64,000 nt of DNA. It comes from a virus (Duplodnaviria > Caudoviricetes). This document shows positions 30,403 to 39,649 of the stretch, one piece after another; the stretch's first letter is position 1; each line of letters starts with the position of its first letter. The stretch is taken from IMG/VR virus record IMGVR_UViG_3300049740_002155; one strand, 5' to 3'. A model generated the notes under the pieces. The model searched no databases. It was not told the origin of the DNA and saw only the letters and a list, made by a program, of their open reading frames with translations. The translations under genes were made by a program, and so were the position numbers.

Positions 30403-30723
30403 ATGCTTGAGAGAGAACGAGTATTAAAAAAGTTAAAATTTGCATATTCCCAAAAATGGGATTCCCACAAAACGGTTAGATGTCCACGACTTAAAACTCT
30501 TGCGAACATCATCAATGAATTTGTGGATGGATATACTGCCAAGGTTCGTAGTAGTTATCATACTTCAAGCACACTCACAGGAAGGTACTGCATTGATGGA
30601 GCAACTCGTTCTGCTACTATGCTAACAATCCAAGGAGAAAATGGGTATATTAAACGACACAATAGTGCAGAAGCATATCGTAGCAATTACGACATCGTAG
30701 ATTGGATTTTAAATCATATATGA
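30403..30723 (+). CDS. Hypothetical early protein
   Basis: Start moved to MLERER (30403). Confidence 0.55.
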   Translation: MLERERVLKKLKFAYSQKWDSHKTVRCPRLKTLANIINEFVDGYTAKVRSSYHTSSTLTGRYCIDGATRSATMLTIQGENGYIKRHNSAEAYRSNYDIVDWILNHI

Positions 30724-30968
30724 AACTACTACTTAGAAATCACAAAGCAAATGGTGGAAAATACAACAACGAAAACCACGGAAAATTACTCAAGATATTC
30801 AAAATCCTTGAAGCAGATTCACTTGGATTTGTTCAAGAATATTGGTCTGAAACATTTGAACCTATTCCAAATACCAAAGATTGGTTGCTTGAATTGAACA
30901 CAGAACCCGAATGGTATAAGTTAGAAAAAATTCTTGCATTAAAGAATGTTGAAGAATTTAGTGCTTGA
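30720..30968 (+). CDS. Hypothetical protein; its stop codon is the TGA inside the next -35 box
   Basis: ATGA overlap at 30720. Confidence 0.6.
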   Translation: MKLLLRNHKANGGKYNNENHGKLLKIFKILEADSLGFVQEYWSETFEPIPNTKDWLLELNTEPEWYKLEKILALKNVEEFSA

Positions 30969-31018
30969 CTTTTTATAATAATTCTGATAGATTACTTGTA
31001 TTGAGAGTGAGAAAAGAG
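30965..31018 (+). promoter_or_regulatory. Early promoter cassette (full form)
   Basis: TTGACT-ttttataataattctga-TAGATT-ACTTGTATTGAGAGTGAGAAAAGAG. Confidence 0.78.
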
Positions 31019-31021
31019 AAT

Positions 31022-31246
31022 ATGAAAATTACGATAAAACATTTTGTTCAGACCGGTAGTTCCACTTGGGTTCTTACGAACGAAAACAAAGAACTTATTT
31101 ATGATTCAAACGACAATGCTTTGTTTGGTTATACTCGTAAAGAAGCAGAAGCACTTGCACTTAGAGTTGCCGATGATATGAATTTCACCAATATTCAGAC
31201 CGAATATTTTTATGGTGGTCAACGCAAATATAAAATCATTAAATGA
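31022..31246 (+). CDS. Small hypothetical early protein
   Basis: ATG 31022 after AAGAG. Confidence 0.6.
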   Translation: MKITIKHFVQTGSSTWVLTNENKELIYDSNDNALFGYTRKEAEALALRVADDMNFTNIQTEYFYGGQRKYKIIK

Positions 31247-31452
31247 AAAAATCAGATGCAAGAGAACGAATTCGTTATCTTAAAAAGGTCATCCATAAAT
31301 CAACTGAAAGATTGACCGAAACTCTTGTTAATAATCATTACAAAACTGCCAATACCCATCTCATAATACTATCAGGTAATATGCGTGAGTTAAATGACAT
31401 TAGAAGCAAAATAAAAGCAAAAAAGAATGCGATTTCGCAAAATAATGCTTGA
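31243..31452 (+). CDS. Small hypothetical protein; stop inside next -35 box
   Basis: ATGA overlap. Confidence 0.55.
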   Translation: MKKSDARERIRYLKKVIHKSTERLTETLVNNHYKTANTHLIILSGNMRELNDIRSKIKAKKNAISQNNA

Positions 31453-31503
31453 CTTTTTATAATAATTTTGGTAGTATACTTGTATTGAGAGTGAGAAAAG
31501 AGA
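31449..31503 (+). promoter_or_regulatory. Early promoter cassette (full form)
   Basis: TTGACT-ttttataataattttgg-TAGTAT-ACTTGTATTGAGAGTGAGAAAAGAG. Confidence 0.78.
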
Positions 31504-31535
31504 ACATTAAAAATTTAAAAAAGGAGAGAAAAAAT

Positions 31536-31745
31536 ATGTTAGTTGCACAATATAATGTGGGTGATAATGTTAACGTCGATGGTCGTGATGCCATCATCAC
31601 TAAGGTTGAAACCGAGTCTTGGGTGACCGGTGGTAAGCAACCTTATTACTTCGTGGAACTACTTTCTGATGGAAGTAAGGAACTTCACGCAGAAGAAGAC
31701 ATCAACTCGGGTGAGTTGCTTTCTGTTATCACCTTCAATTCATAA
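31536..31745 (+). CDS. Small hypothetical protein (possibly SH3/KOW-like)
   Basis: AAGGAG RBS; YNVGDNV...AIITKV...YFVEL. Confidence 0.6.
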   Translation: MLVAQYNVGDNVNVDGRDAIITKVETESWVTGGKQPYYFVELLSDGSKELHAEEDINSGELLSVITFNS

Positions 31746-31766
31746 TCAACAAAGGAGAGAATTAAA

Positions 31767-32210
31767 ATGGCATATATAACACAAGAAGACAAAAAAGAAC
31801 TCGCAGTAGGAATCAAGAAGGTTCTTGCAAAGTATAACGTCAAAGGAACAATTGGAATTCACAATCATAGCACCATCGTTGTTAGATTAAAAAGTGGTGA
31901 TTTGGATATCCTCGGAAATTATTGGGAAAATTATACCAATAAAGTTGAAACCGGAAGAATCGAACAATGGAATCTACGCACCGAAAAACCCACGTCTATT
32001 TCAGTAAATAATCATTTCGTGGATAGCAGTTATTCCTCGGAAGTTGCAAACTTTCTAAATGAACTTATCGTGGAAATGAAAGGTGAAAGGTATTTTAATG
32101 ATACCGATATTATGACCGATTATTTTCATTGTTCTCATTATCTTGACATTGAAGTCGGTAATTGGGAAAAACCTTACATCTATAACCAAGAACTTGCTCA
32201 AGCAGCTTAA
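31767..32210 (+). CDS. Conserved phage protein (LPD29-like)
   Basis: AAGGAG RBS; MAYITQE...DTDIMTDYFH...DIEVG.W.KPY. Confidence 0.6.
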   Translation: MAYITQEDKKELAVGIKKVLAKYNVKGTIGIHNHSTIVVRLKSGDLDILGNYWENYTNKVETGRIEQWNLRTEKPTSISVNNHFVDSSYSSEVANFLNELIVEMKGERYFNDTDIMTDYFHCSHYLDIEVGNWEKPYIYNQELAQAA

Positions 32211-32212
32211 TT

Positions 32213-32446
32213 ATGAAACTAACAAACTACAACGGAACGAAGGCAAGTGAAAAGGCCTGCAATATTCAAGAAAGCATCGATTTGATTCAAAATGAAACGA
32301 TACCAAGATTACAAGAAAATTACTTTGATTTATCAGATGAAGAAAATGCCGAACGCATTACTAACCTGAAGAACTATCTTAAAAGATTGCAATATGATCT
32401 CGGTGTTGAACTCGGCAACAATGATGCGTTTGAGAATGTTGAATGA
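32213..32446 (+). CDS. Hypothetical protein
   Basis: In-operon ORF. Confidence 0.55.
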   Translation: MKLTNYNGTKASEKACNIQESIDLIQNETIPRLQENYFDLSDEENAERITNLKNYLKRLQYDLGVELGNNDAFENVE

Positions 32447-32449
32447 TAT

Positions 32450-32749
32450 ATGACACTTTACGATTACAATGTAGATAAACATCAAGTTTTTGATGGCAAC
32501 CCCAATCATCTGATCGTAGATGCTTCCAAGATAGGTCTTCCACCAGGATTCTTTCCAAATTGGATAAGTACAAATGATATTGGTAACGGAAATCCGTTTT
32601 ATTCAGATAAAATAATTCGTGAAATGGTCGGACAAACCGATAGTGAAATTGAAGATATTATGTACGGAGATGTTGAGTGTTATGTGTACAAGCAAAATGG
32701 TGGTGGCACCGTATTACTTGTAGTAAATGATTCATATAATGCAAAATAA
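32450..32749 (+). CDS. Hypothetical protein
   Basis: In-operon ORF. Confidence 0.55.
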   Translation: MTLYDYNVDKHQVFDGNPNHLIVDASKIGLPPGFFPNWISTNDIGNGNPFYSDKIIREMVGQTDSEIEDIMYGDVECYVYKQNGGGTVLLVVNDSYNAK

Positions 32750-32752
32750 TGC

Positions 32753-32790
32753 TTGACTTTTTATAATAATCGTGCTTTAGTAATAATTGA
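32753..32790 (+). promoter_or_regulatory. Early promoter (variant copy)
   Basis: AATAATGC-TTGACTTTTTATAATAAT, ATTGAGAGT remnant. Confidence 0.6.
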
Positions 32791-32814
32791 GAGTAAAAAA
32801 GTAAAAAGAGAAAA

Positions 32815-33558
32815 ATGAAATTAAACGAACTTAAAAATAAATTAAAAATCATCTCAAATAAGGGATATATACCAACACTTAGAAACGGAGATACCGGTGT
32901 TGGGCAAACACTTGAGCAAGAACTTGGTCTAACTGAAAATAATGACTCTGCACCTGACTTGGGAAGTTTGGGGGAATTGAAGGCAAGACGATCAAAACAA
33001 AATTCCTTAATATCTCTTGTTTCAATTAATAGGTGCATTGAGTGGGGAAGTCGTTGTGGATGCCTATATGATGCAATTACATATTTTGGAAAGGAACGAA
33101 CAGACGGAGAATTTGTTTTAAATTTGTCGTTAAACTTTAAAGGTAAAACTGAAATTGTAAATGAAGAAAGAGGTTTTACTGCGAAAATTTGGGGAAATAA
33201 AATAAGATTCTATGGCACAGAACAATGGATGCCTTCTGGATACTTTTTTAGTATAAACTTGAATAAAGCATATGAATTGTACGAAAACAAGTTTGGAAGT
33301 GGGTTAATTTCAGTTAATGCGGATACAATGGGAACTGGAGTTCACGAAAAATTTCATTACAAAAGTGCATATAGATATTCTTTTTTGAATCTTCAAAGAC
33401 TTGTAAATTTAGTAAAAAGTGGAATAATTAAGATTGATTTCAGATGTCGTACACAAAATGGTGGGTACGGAGTTCGTGATCGTGGTACGGTGCTTAGAAT
33501 TCATCCAAAGGATGTCGGTTGCTTATACAATCACACAGAAAATCTATTATCTGCATAA
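32815..33558 (+). CDS. MvaI/BcnI-family restriction-like endonuclease
   Basis: GDTGVGQTLEQELGLTENNDSAPDL...ELKARR; DFRC...RDRGT.LRI. Confidence 0.8.
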   Translation: MKLNELKNKLKIISNKGYIPTLRNGDTGVGQTLEQELGLTENNDSAPDLGSLGELKARRSKQNSLISLVSINRCIEWGSRCGCLYDAITYFGKERTDGEFVLNLSLNFKGKTEIVNEERGFTAKIWGNKIRFYGTEQWMPSGYFFSINLNKAYELYENKFGSGLISVNADTMGTGVHEKFHYKSAYRYSFLNLQRLVNLVKSGIIKIDFRCRTQNGGYGVRDRGTVLRIHPKDVGCLYNHTENLLSA

Positions 33559-33567
33559 AAATAATGC

Positions 33568-33621
33568 TTGACTTTTTATAATAATTGTGATAGATTACTT
33601 GTATTGAGAGTGAGAAAAGAG
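33568..33621 (+). promoter_or_regulatory. Early promoter cassette (full form)
   Basis: TTGACT-17-TAGATT-ACTTGTATTGAGAGTGAGAAAAGAG. Confidence 0.78.
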
Positions 33622-33633
33622 AAAGATACAAAA

Positions 33634-34017
33634 ATGACATTAGAATTAGTAGAAACACGCAAAGCATATGTAGTTCAATTTTGGGGAACGAGAACGCACG
33701 TTACGTCTCCTATTTTCAAAAGCAAGCAAGCAGCTGCCAACTATGTAGTTCGTGAAGGTTATAGGGTAGTTGAAGATTTGCAACTTCTTGAAATTGATTT
33801 GGACAAAATTGCCAATAATGAAAATGCGGTAGTTGAACAATATCACATTAGTACTGCAAAGGTGGGGTTTCGTATGAGTGAAGGTGATGATCCTCACGAA
33901 TTTGTGTTTGATTCAATCAGTCAATCAGAACGTCAAAAGAATTCATTGTATTCTTTGAATGCTTTTAGTATTCCTTTTCCGATGATTGCTAAGTTGACTA
34001 ATATGGCAAATGTCTAA
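33634..34017 (+). CDS. Hypothetical early protein
   Basis: ATG 33634; N-terminal region (SPIFKSKQAAANYV) resembles the next ORF. Confidence 0.6.
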   Translation: MTLELVETRKAYVVQFWGTRTHVTSPIFKSKQAAANYVVREGYRVVEDLQLLEIDLDKIANNENAVVEQYHISTAKVGFRMSEGDDPHEFVFDSISQSERQKNSLYSLNAFSIPFPMIAKLTNMANV

Positions 34018-34348
34018 TAAACTTTACAAAGCAACTTTTAAGGGGGTTCGCAAAACTGCGAAATCTCCTTTATACAGCAACAAAAATGCTTGTTTACGGT
34101 GGGTCGCAAATAATTCACATCGTGTGCTTGGAGAGTTGTTGGTATACGAACTTGATTCAGAAAAAGCAAAACAATCCGATGATCGTGTAGCAAGTGCATA
34201 CGAGTACCCTGAATTAAGACTTGATGATGAACAAACAATTTCGGTGGAAAATTTATTGAATGCAGAAAAATTTGCATTTGATTTAGGAAGAACCACATTA
34301 TTCGGAATATTAAATTTAACGGAAGAACTTAAACTTGGTATTGCATAA
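34010..34348 (+). CDS. Hypothetical protein
   Basis: SPLYSNKNACLRWV resembles the upstream ORF. Confidence 0.55.
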   Translation: MSNKLYKATFKGVRKTAKSPLYSNKNACLRWVANNSHRVLGELLVYELDSEKAKQSDDRVASAYEYPELRLDDEQTISVENLLNAEKFAFDLGRTTLFGILNLTEELKLGIA

Positions 34349-34375
34349 TTAATCCAAATTTGTAATAATAATAAT

Positions 34376-34594
34376 ATGACAAAAGTAACAATGATTGATC
34401 CCGATGGAGGGTGGAAATATGGATTTCCAAAGATGCTACCAAACGAACTTGAAGGTAAGGATGTTACCGAGTGGTTAATTGAAAAAGGTTATCCACGTGA
34501 GGTGATTGACAAATGGAAACAATCTGACTTGGGATATCTACCTTGCAGATACTGGGAAACGGAGATAATAAATGTCACACAAGAAAACAAGTAA
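34376..34594 (+). CDS. Conserved phage hypothetical protein
   Basis: MIDPDGGWKYGFPK...WLIEKGYP. Confidence 0.6.
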   Translation: MTKVTMIDPDGGWKYGFPKMLPNELEGKDVTEWLIEKGYPREVIDKWKQSDLGYLPCRYWETEIINVTQENK

Positions 34595-34737
34595 TTTTCA
34601 CCAGATACTTCGTAATTTGACAATCGAGTTGCGAAAAGGTGACCAAATTACGATTTGGCACGATGGATACCAAGTTTGTTTTAAAAATGTAGGAACAAGT
34701 AATTTCAAAATAGTAAAAAATCAAGATAATAATAAAA

Positions 34738-35907
34738 ATGCAAGCACTAACTACTCTATATAAATTAGATACAACTGGTAAAATCCGTCAATGGACGGTC
34801 AAGGTAAAGGACAATTCGTTTTGGACTGAGCAAGGTCAAGTGGATGGTAAGATTGTAATTAACAAACCTACAATTACCACTCCCAAGAACGAAGGACGTG
34901 CTAATGCTACAACTGCTGAAGAGCAAGCAATACTTGAAGCAAAAGCAAAATATACCAAGTATCTTGATAAAGGATATGTAGAAAACATTGAAGATGTTGA
35001 TAAAATCACTTTGTATAATCCTATGCTTGCTCAGAAGTTTGAAGACCGTGTAGATGGTCTTACGTTTCCTTTATACACTCAACCCAAGTTGGATGGAGTT
35101 CGTTGTATTGTGTATATGCAAGACGGAGAATTGGTTGCTAAGTCTCGTCAAGGAAAACCTATTGATACCGTTGTTCATATTCTTGAAGAATTGAAACCTT
35201 TTTTTGAGCAAAGTCCAAATGCAGTTCTTGATGGAGAACTTTACAATCACGATTACAAAAACGACTTTAACAAAATCATTTCACTTGTCCGCAAAATGAA
35301 ACCGGTTCGTAGTGAAAAAGATACCGACAAAACATTCGCAAAGAAACAGGAAAAGTTTGCGATTGCTCTTGAAGAAGCAAAATCTAAAATTCAGTATTGG
35401 ATTTATGATGTTCCACGTGATGGTAATCTAACAGAAGCAGATGATTTTCATCCTCGTTTTTTTGGTGTGGAAATTCCAGAAACGAATTCGTGTGTAATTG
35501 TTAAAACCGGCATCGTTAATGATATGAAACAACTTGATGAATATTATGACACTTACATGGAGTTTGGATACGAAGGACAAATCGTTCGTATAAATGGTCC
35601 TTACGAAAACAAACGAAGCAAACTTCTTCTTAAACGAAAAGACTTTACAGATGCTGAATATCTTGTTATTGGCATCAACGAAGGAGATGGTAATCGCACC
35701 GGTACTGCAAAAAACCTTGTATGCAAAGATGAAGCAACTGGTAAAATCTTTAATAGCAACATCAAGGGAACGCACGAATATCTTGCGGAAATTCTTGTGA
35801 ATAAAGAAAATTATATCGGAAAGCAAGCAACCATCAAGTTCTTTGAGTTAACACCTGATGGTATTCCACGTTTTCCTTATGCTATCGCATTTCGTGATTA
35901 CGAATAA
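34738..35907 (+). CDS. lig: ATP-dependent DNA ligase with N-terminal WGR-like region
   Basis: QPKLDGVRC (motif I), DGELY, GYEGQIVR, LLKRK, IPRFP. Confidence 0.93.
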   Translation: MQALTTLYKLDTTGKIRQWTVKVKDNSFWTEQGQVDGKIVINKPTITTPKNEGRANATTAEEQAILEAKAKYTKYLDKGYVENIEDVDKITLYNPMLAQKFEDRVDGLTFPLYTQPKLDGVRCIVYMQDGELVAKSRQGKPIDTVVHILEELKPFFEQSPNAVLDGELYNHDYKNDFNKIISLVRKMKPVRSEKDTDKTFAKKQEKFAIALEEAKSKIQYWIYDVPRDGNLTEADDFHPRFFGVEIPETNSCVIVKTGIVNDMKQLDEYYDTYMEFGYEGQIVRINGPYENKRSKLLLKRKDFTDAEYLVIGINEGDGNRTGTAKNLVCKDEATGKIFNSNIKGTHEYLAEILVNKENYIGKQATIKFFELTPDGIPRFPYAIAFRDYE

Positions 35908-35910
35908 TCC

Positions 35911-35939
35911 TTGACAATACAATACTAAAATTATATTAT
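35911..35939 (+). promoter_or_regulatory. sigma70-like promoter
   Basis: TTGACA-17-TATTAT. Confidence 0.65.
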
Positions 35940-35946
35940 ATAAATT

Positions 35947-36183
35947 ATGATTATACAAAGTGAAACAATAATGTCGGTTGTAAGTTCTCTTGAGAAAATC
36001 GCAGATCAATCTGATGATGTCGCAAGTAGATTTCTTGCAAATGCTCTTAAAACTGCATCTGAGGAGAATCGTACTGAACTTCTATATTCAGAGAAAAACG
36101 AGTATGAGGTGTTATCAGAACGTGCTGACGCATTAAAAGGAGCAGTTACAGAAATCAAATCACAATTACAAGATAATGAGTGA
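35947..36183 (+). CDS. Hypothetical protein
   Basis: ORF behind promoter. Confidence 0.55.
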   Translation: MIIQSETIMSVVSSLEKIADQSDDVASRFLANALKTASEENRTELLYSEKNEYEVLSERADALKGAVTEIKSQLQDNE

Positions 36184-36409
36184 AGAATTTCAAAAGTGTC
36201 CTGTTGTTCAAGAAACAATTTTGCGAGTAGCAGCCGATCCGTATTCAGAGAATGTTACTCATGGTGGGTTGCATCCAAGTTCTTTGGCAAAAATTGTAGA
36301 AAATGTTTTTTGGTCTGGTGACAAAAACTTTAATAGTGTTACTCTTGAAATAAAAAAAGAGTTGGATGATCATCATATATCAGTAAAAGTAGTAGAACGA
36401 GGTCACTAA
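36176..36409 (+). CDS. Hypothetical protein
   Basis: Coupled ORF. Confidence 0.55.
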   Translation: MSEEFQKCPVVQETILRVAADPYSENVTHGGLHPSSLAKIVENVFWSGDKNFNSVTLEIKKELDDHHISVKVVERGH

Positions 36410-36410
36410 T

Positions 36411-36439
36411 TTGACAATAACGATAGGTTGTGGTATAAT
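36411..36439 (+). promoter_or_regulatory. Consensus sigma70 promoter
   Basis: TTGACA-17-TATAAT with TGTGG upstream of -10. Confidence 0.85.
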
Positions 36440-36444
36440 ACAGT

Positions 36445-36720
36445 ATGAGCAATAAAAAAAGATATAGTGAAACTCCTATTCACGAATATCGTATTAAATA
36501 TTTGACGAAAGGAGCAACTGTACCTAATTATCACTATTATATGTGTGAAGATGCAGAACAGGCACTTGCATTTCAATTAGAAATGGCAAAACACAAAAAG
36601 TGGGAATTTGAAATTCTTAAAATAGAAAAATTTTTTAAATACGCAGATAAATGGGTAGATGAAAGTGATGTAATCACAGATGACAATAAATACATAACAA
36701 AGGATATGCATAATGAGTAA
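36445..36720 (+). CDS. Hypothetical protein
   Basis: ATG 5 nt after TATAAT (likely leaderless). Confidence 0.6.
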   Translation: MSNKKRYSETPIHEYRIKYLTKGATVPNYHYYMCEDAEQALAFQLEMAKHKKWEFEILKIEKFFKYADKWVDESDVITDDNKYITKDMHNE

Positions 36721-37012
36721 CTTATACGAAATTCCAATTCAAAAAGATGAAGAAACAGACGAATGTTTTTTTGAATTACCTGATGCTTTGCTAAATAATC
36801 TTGGGTGGAAACCTGGTGACGATTTAAAGTGGGAAGAAACAAATGAAGGAGTTCGTCTTAGAAAAGTAAAATATCAAACGGTTGAACTTGAACTTGACGA
36901 AGAAGATTATGTAAAGTATTTAAAGTATGCTCACGAAAACAATATGAGTTTCAATGAGTTGGCAGAAAACGCAGTAAAAGAAGCAATGGAGAAAAAAAAT
37001 GGAACAACTTGA
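36713..37012 (+). CDS. AbrB/MazE/SpoVT-like DNA-binding protein
   Basis: FFELPDALLNNLGWKPGDDLKW swapped-hairpin signature. Confidence 0.7.
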   Translation: MSNLYEIPIQKDEETDECFFELPDALLNNLGWKPGDDLKWEETNEGVRLRKVKYQTVELELDEEDYVKYLKYAHENNMSFNELAENAVKEAMEKKNGTT

Positions 37013-37220
37013 AGCAGATATGTCAGATACTTACAATATCTTCAATGAACTTGAAACAATATTGTACAAGGTAGGAGATGCTCCAACACAACCTACCGAA
37101 GATCAACTAATGAATATGCTCATCGGAGTAATTGATTTGCACAAAGTTCGTTACGAAAAAATGTGGGCATCTTGGAACGAATTTCAAAAACAAAATACCA
37201 AAGTTGATATTACGATATGA
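36999..37220 (+). CDS. Hypothetical protein
   Basis: Coupled ORF. Confidence 0.55.
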   Translation: MEQLEADMSDTYNIFNELETILYKVGDAPTQPTEDQLMNMLIGVIDLHKVRYEKMWASWNEFQKQNTKVDITI

Positions 37221-37420
37221 GTAAAAAACCTTCGTATGAAGAATTCACAAAAGATTGGTCTATCAGCCAGAAAATTAAATTTTATTACGAGGTTGATATA
37301 GATAATTTTGATGGAGATATAAATGAAGTCATACGACATATATCTCATGAGGTTACTCGCATTCAACAATTTGAATCAGAATTTAAACAATACCTAATAG
37401 AAAAAGAATACATACAATGA
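37217..37420 (+). CDS. Hypothetical protein
   Basis: Coupled ORF. Confidence 0.5.
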   Translation: MSKKPSYEEFTKDWSISQKIKFYYEVDIDNFDGDINEVIRHISHEVTRIQQFESEFKQYLIEKEYIQ

Positions 37421-37578
37421 GCGAAATAACAACTGGAGAAGAAGTAACAATTAAACTAAGTCACTATACCGATGAATTTGGTGGAACGCAATATGATTGG
37501 GATGCAATCATTGAAGAAGCAGAGCAACAAATAAAAGAAACCACAGGTCGTGATGTCGGTGTGTGGATGAGTGAGTAA
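37417..37578 (+). CDS. 53-aa hypothetical (below track cutoff)
   Basis: Fills gap with ATGA and TAATG overlaps: MSEITTGEEV...VWMSE. Confidence 0.55.
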   Translation: MSEITTGEEVTIKLSHYTDEFGGTQYDWDAIIEEAEQQIKETTGRDVGVWMSE

Positions 37579-37835
37579 TGAGTGAACAAATAACAGAAAG
37601 TGTATATTTTGATCGTGGGTACAATAAAGGATTTGTATCTGGTTTAAAAAGAGCATTTGAGTTGGTTGACCAACTTGGTGATTTTTATGAAAATGGAGTG
37701 GGTATATCAGAAAATGCAACAGATGAAGAAAAACTATTTCACGAAAATTCAAGAAAGAGTCAAGTGAATGCGTGTCGTTATGCCCAACACCTCATTCGCA
37801 AAAATTCATTTGGAGAAGAAGATTTACCTTGGTGA
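37578..37835 (+). CDS. Hypothetical protein
   Basis: Coupled ORF. Confidence 0.55.
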   Translation: MSEQITESVYFDRGYNKGFVSGLKRAFELVDQLGDFYENGVGISENATDEEKLFHENSRKSQVNACRYAQHLIRKNSFGEEDLPW

Positions 37836-37837
37836 TT

Positions 37838-38068
37838 ATGAATACAATTAAAGAAAAATATAAAACTACATTAAATCATCGTCTTGAGTGTATTCAAGAA
37901 GATTTGGCAGTATTAGTGGATTTCATTGAAAAGCAAAATCTAACAGAAGCATTCAAAAAAAGCACAGAGTTTGCTGAAGAAGCATGGCATCATATCAGTA
38001 ACATTGAAATTGCGTGTGATTTGAAAGATGATGCTCCTAACGAATGGAGTTGTGCTTCTTGTAAATGA
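37838..38068 (+). CDS. Hypothetical protein
   Basis: Start moved to MNTIKEK (37838). Confidence 0.55.
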   Translation: MNTIKEKYKTTLNHRLECIQEDLAVLVDFIEKQNLTEAFKKSTEFAEEAWHHISNIEIACDLKDDAPNEWSCASCK

Positions 38069-38223
38069 ATAAATTAGTTTCAATATTTGCGTGTATTTTA
38101 ATTTACGGATTGGGATTTTTACACGGCAATAGTTCAGATAGTAAACTAGTTGGTTATATCGTGTGTGGTATCATTGGTTATTTTGTTGGTACTGCAATTT
38201 ATCAATATTTTAAAAGAAGTTAA
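38065..38223 (+). CDS. 52-aa two-TM membrane microprotein (below track cutoff)
   Basis: MNKLVSIFACILIYGLGFLHG...YIVCGIIGYFVGTAIYQYFKRS. Confidence 0.55.
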   Translation: MNKLVSIFACILIYGLGFLHGNSSDSKLVGYIVCGIIGYFVGTAIYQYFKRS

Positions 38224-38225
38224 TT

Positions 38226-38486
38226 ATGAAAATTAAACTTGGAGTGCGTGGAAATTCCGATGCCGTAAAAGGGATTATCATAAAAATGGATGATCTTATG
38301 CTTGTTACTGCTGATAATATATTTTTTATTGGTGAGGAAAGTCGTAATAAGATGGGAAAGAACATTGTTGCTTTGCTTGATTCTTTGAGCAAAGAGCATG
38401 AAATAGAAATCGGAGAAAAGGTAGTACCTATGATAGAATCCGAATTAAACTTAAAAGAAGGAACATTTAACAAATATCGTAAATGA
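38226..38486 (+). CDS. Hypothetical protein
   Basis: In-operon ORF. Confidence 0.55.
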   Translation: MKIKLGVRGNSDAVKGIIIKMDDLMLVTADNIFFIGEESRNKMGKNIVALLDSLSKEHEIEIGEKVVPMIESELNLKEGTFNKYRK

Positions 38487-38498
38487 TAATAACTTCTT

Positions 38499-39026
38499 AT
38501 GAAGAATAAAAAAGAAATAGGATTTTTATATGGCAATCTACTTGATTTTCCATATGGAATAAATACGATAGCACATTGTTGCAATACTATGAATGTGATG
38601 GGTGCAGGTATTGCAAAATCAATTGCAGAAAGATACCCACAAGCAAAAGAAGCAGATGATGAATGTGCAAAAATTGGACAAAATGAATTAGGAGAAAGAA
38701 GTTTTGCGGAAGTTGAAATAGAAGATGCAAATACATTTCCACATCAGGAGTTCGGAAAAAATACACGCAAATGTAAAATCTATAATTTGTACACTCAGGA
38801 TGGTATAGGTTTTGGTCGTGAAGTAAATTATGAAGCATTGTATCGTAATCTGCATTTAATGCGAAATGCATTAAACAATGATCCTAATTGTGTTCTTGGT
38901 TTACCGTATCAAATGAGTAGTGGACTTGCAGGAGGAAGTTGGGAAATTGTAAATGCCATGATCAACACAATATTTGCATCTGATGCAACTTATTTTAAAA
39001 CTTATATAGTAAAATACGAACCATAA
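38499..39026 (+). CDS. Macro-domain (ADP-ribose binding/hydrolase) protein
   Basis: IAHCCNTMNVMGAGIAKSI; LYTQ; GLPY..SSGLAGGSW. Confidence 0.85.
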   Translation: MKNKKEIGFLYGNLLDFPYGINTIAHCCNTMNVMGAGIAKSIAERYPQAKEADDECAKIGQNELGERSFAEVEIEDANTFPHQEFGKNTRKCKIYNLYTQDGIGFGREVNYEALYRNLHLMRNALNNDPNCVLGLPYQMSSGLAGGSWEIVNAMINTIFASDATYFKTYIVKYEP

Positions 39027-39052
39027 GTTGATTTGCTAAATATATATATTTT

Positions 39053-39649
39053 ATGAAATTAAGTACACTTAAATCTATTGTTAAAGAGGAAGTTAAAAAT
39101 CTTCTTACAAGCAAACCAAAAATGTCAAAGCATCTTGAGTATCACATGGAAAATCACTCAACATTAGTTGAAGGGGTATTTCGTTATGGTTCTGACTCTT
39201 ATATTGATTTGTTTGAAGAAGCAAGAACTCTTCACGGAAAAAATAAAATTCAGTTAAGTGAGGTAGATCAGCATTTGATTGAGAATACAGATATTGGTAA
39301 ATGGGGTGAATATAATGAAATGCGTGTTCCATTGGATTGTCCGTTTCAAATTCATGAATCAGAATATCAAGGAAAAGATGTTGAACTCAACAAACCAAAA
39401 CGTGGTGGAAAAAAGAAGTTTTATGTTTATGTAAAAGACCCAAGTAGTGGAAACATCAAGAAAGTATCATTTGGTGATACCACGGGATTAAGTGTAAAGT
39501 TCAAAGATCCTGAAAAACGCAAAGCATTTGCTGATCGTCATAATTGTTCTACCAAGAAAGATAGAACCAAAGCAGGATATTGGTCTTGTAATCTTCCTCG
39601 TTATGCAAAGCAACTTGGAATGGGTGATAACCAAAATACCTATTGGTAA
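39053..39649 (+). CDS. Putative internal-head protein with basic C-terminal module (DUF6321-like)
   Basis: MKLSTLKSIVKEEV; VELNKPKRGGKKKFYVYVK...FADRHNC...AGYWSC. Confidence 0.65.
   Translation: MKLSTLKSIVKEEVKNLLTSKPKMSKHLEYHMENHSTLVEGVFRYGSDSYIDLFEEARTLHGKNKIQLSEVDQHLIENTDIGKWGEYNEMRVPLDCPFQIHESEYQGKDVELNKPKRGGKKKFYVYVKDPSSGNIKKVSFGDTTGLSVKFKDPEKRKAFADRHNCSTKKDRTKAGYWSCNLPRYAKQLGMGDNQNTYW

Noticed and set aside
34572-34763. ORF overlapping both neighbours before the ligase
   Set aside because: Could be real but overlaps both neighbours by more than 20 nt and has no recognisable motif; not called.
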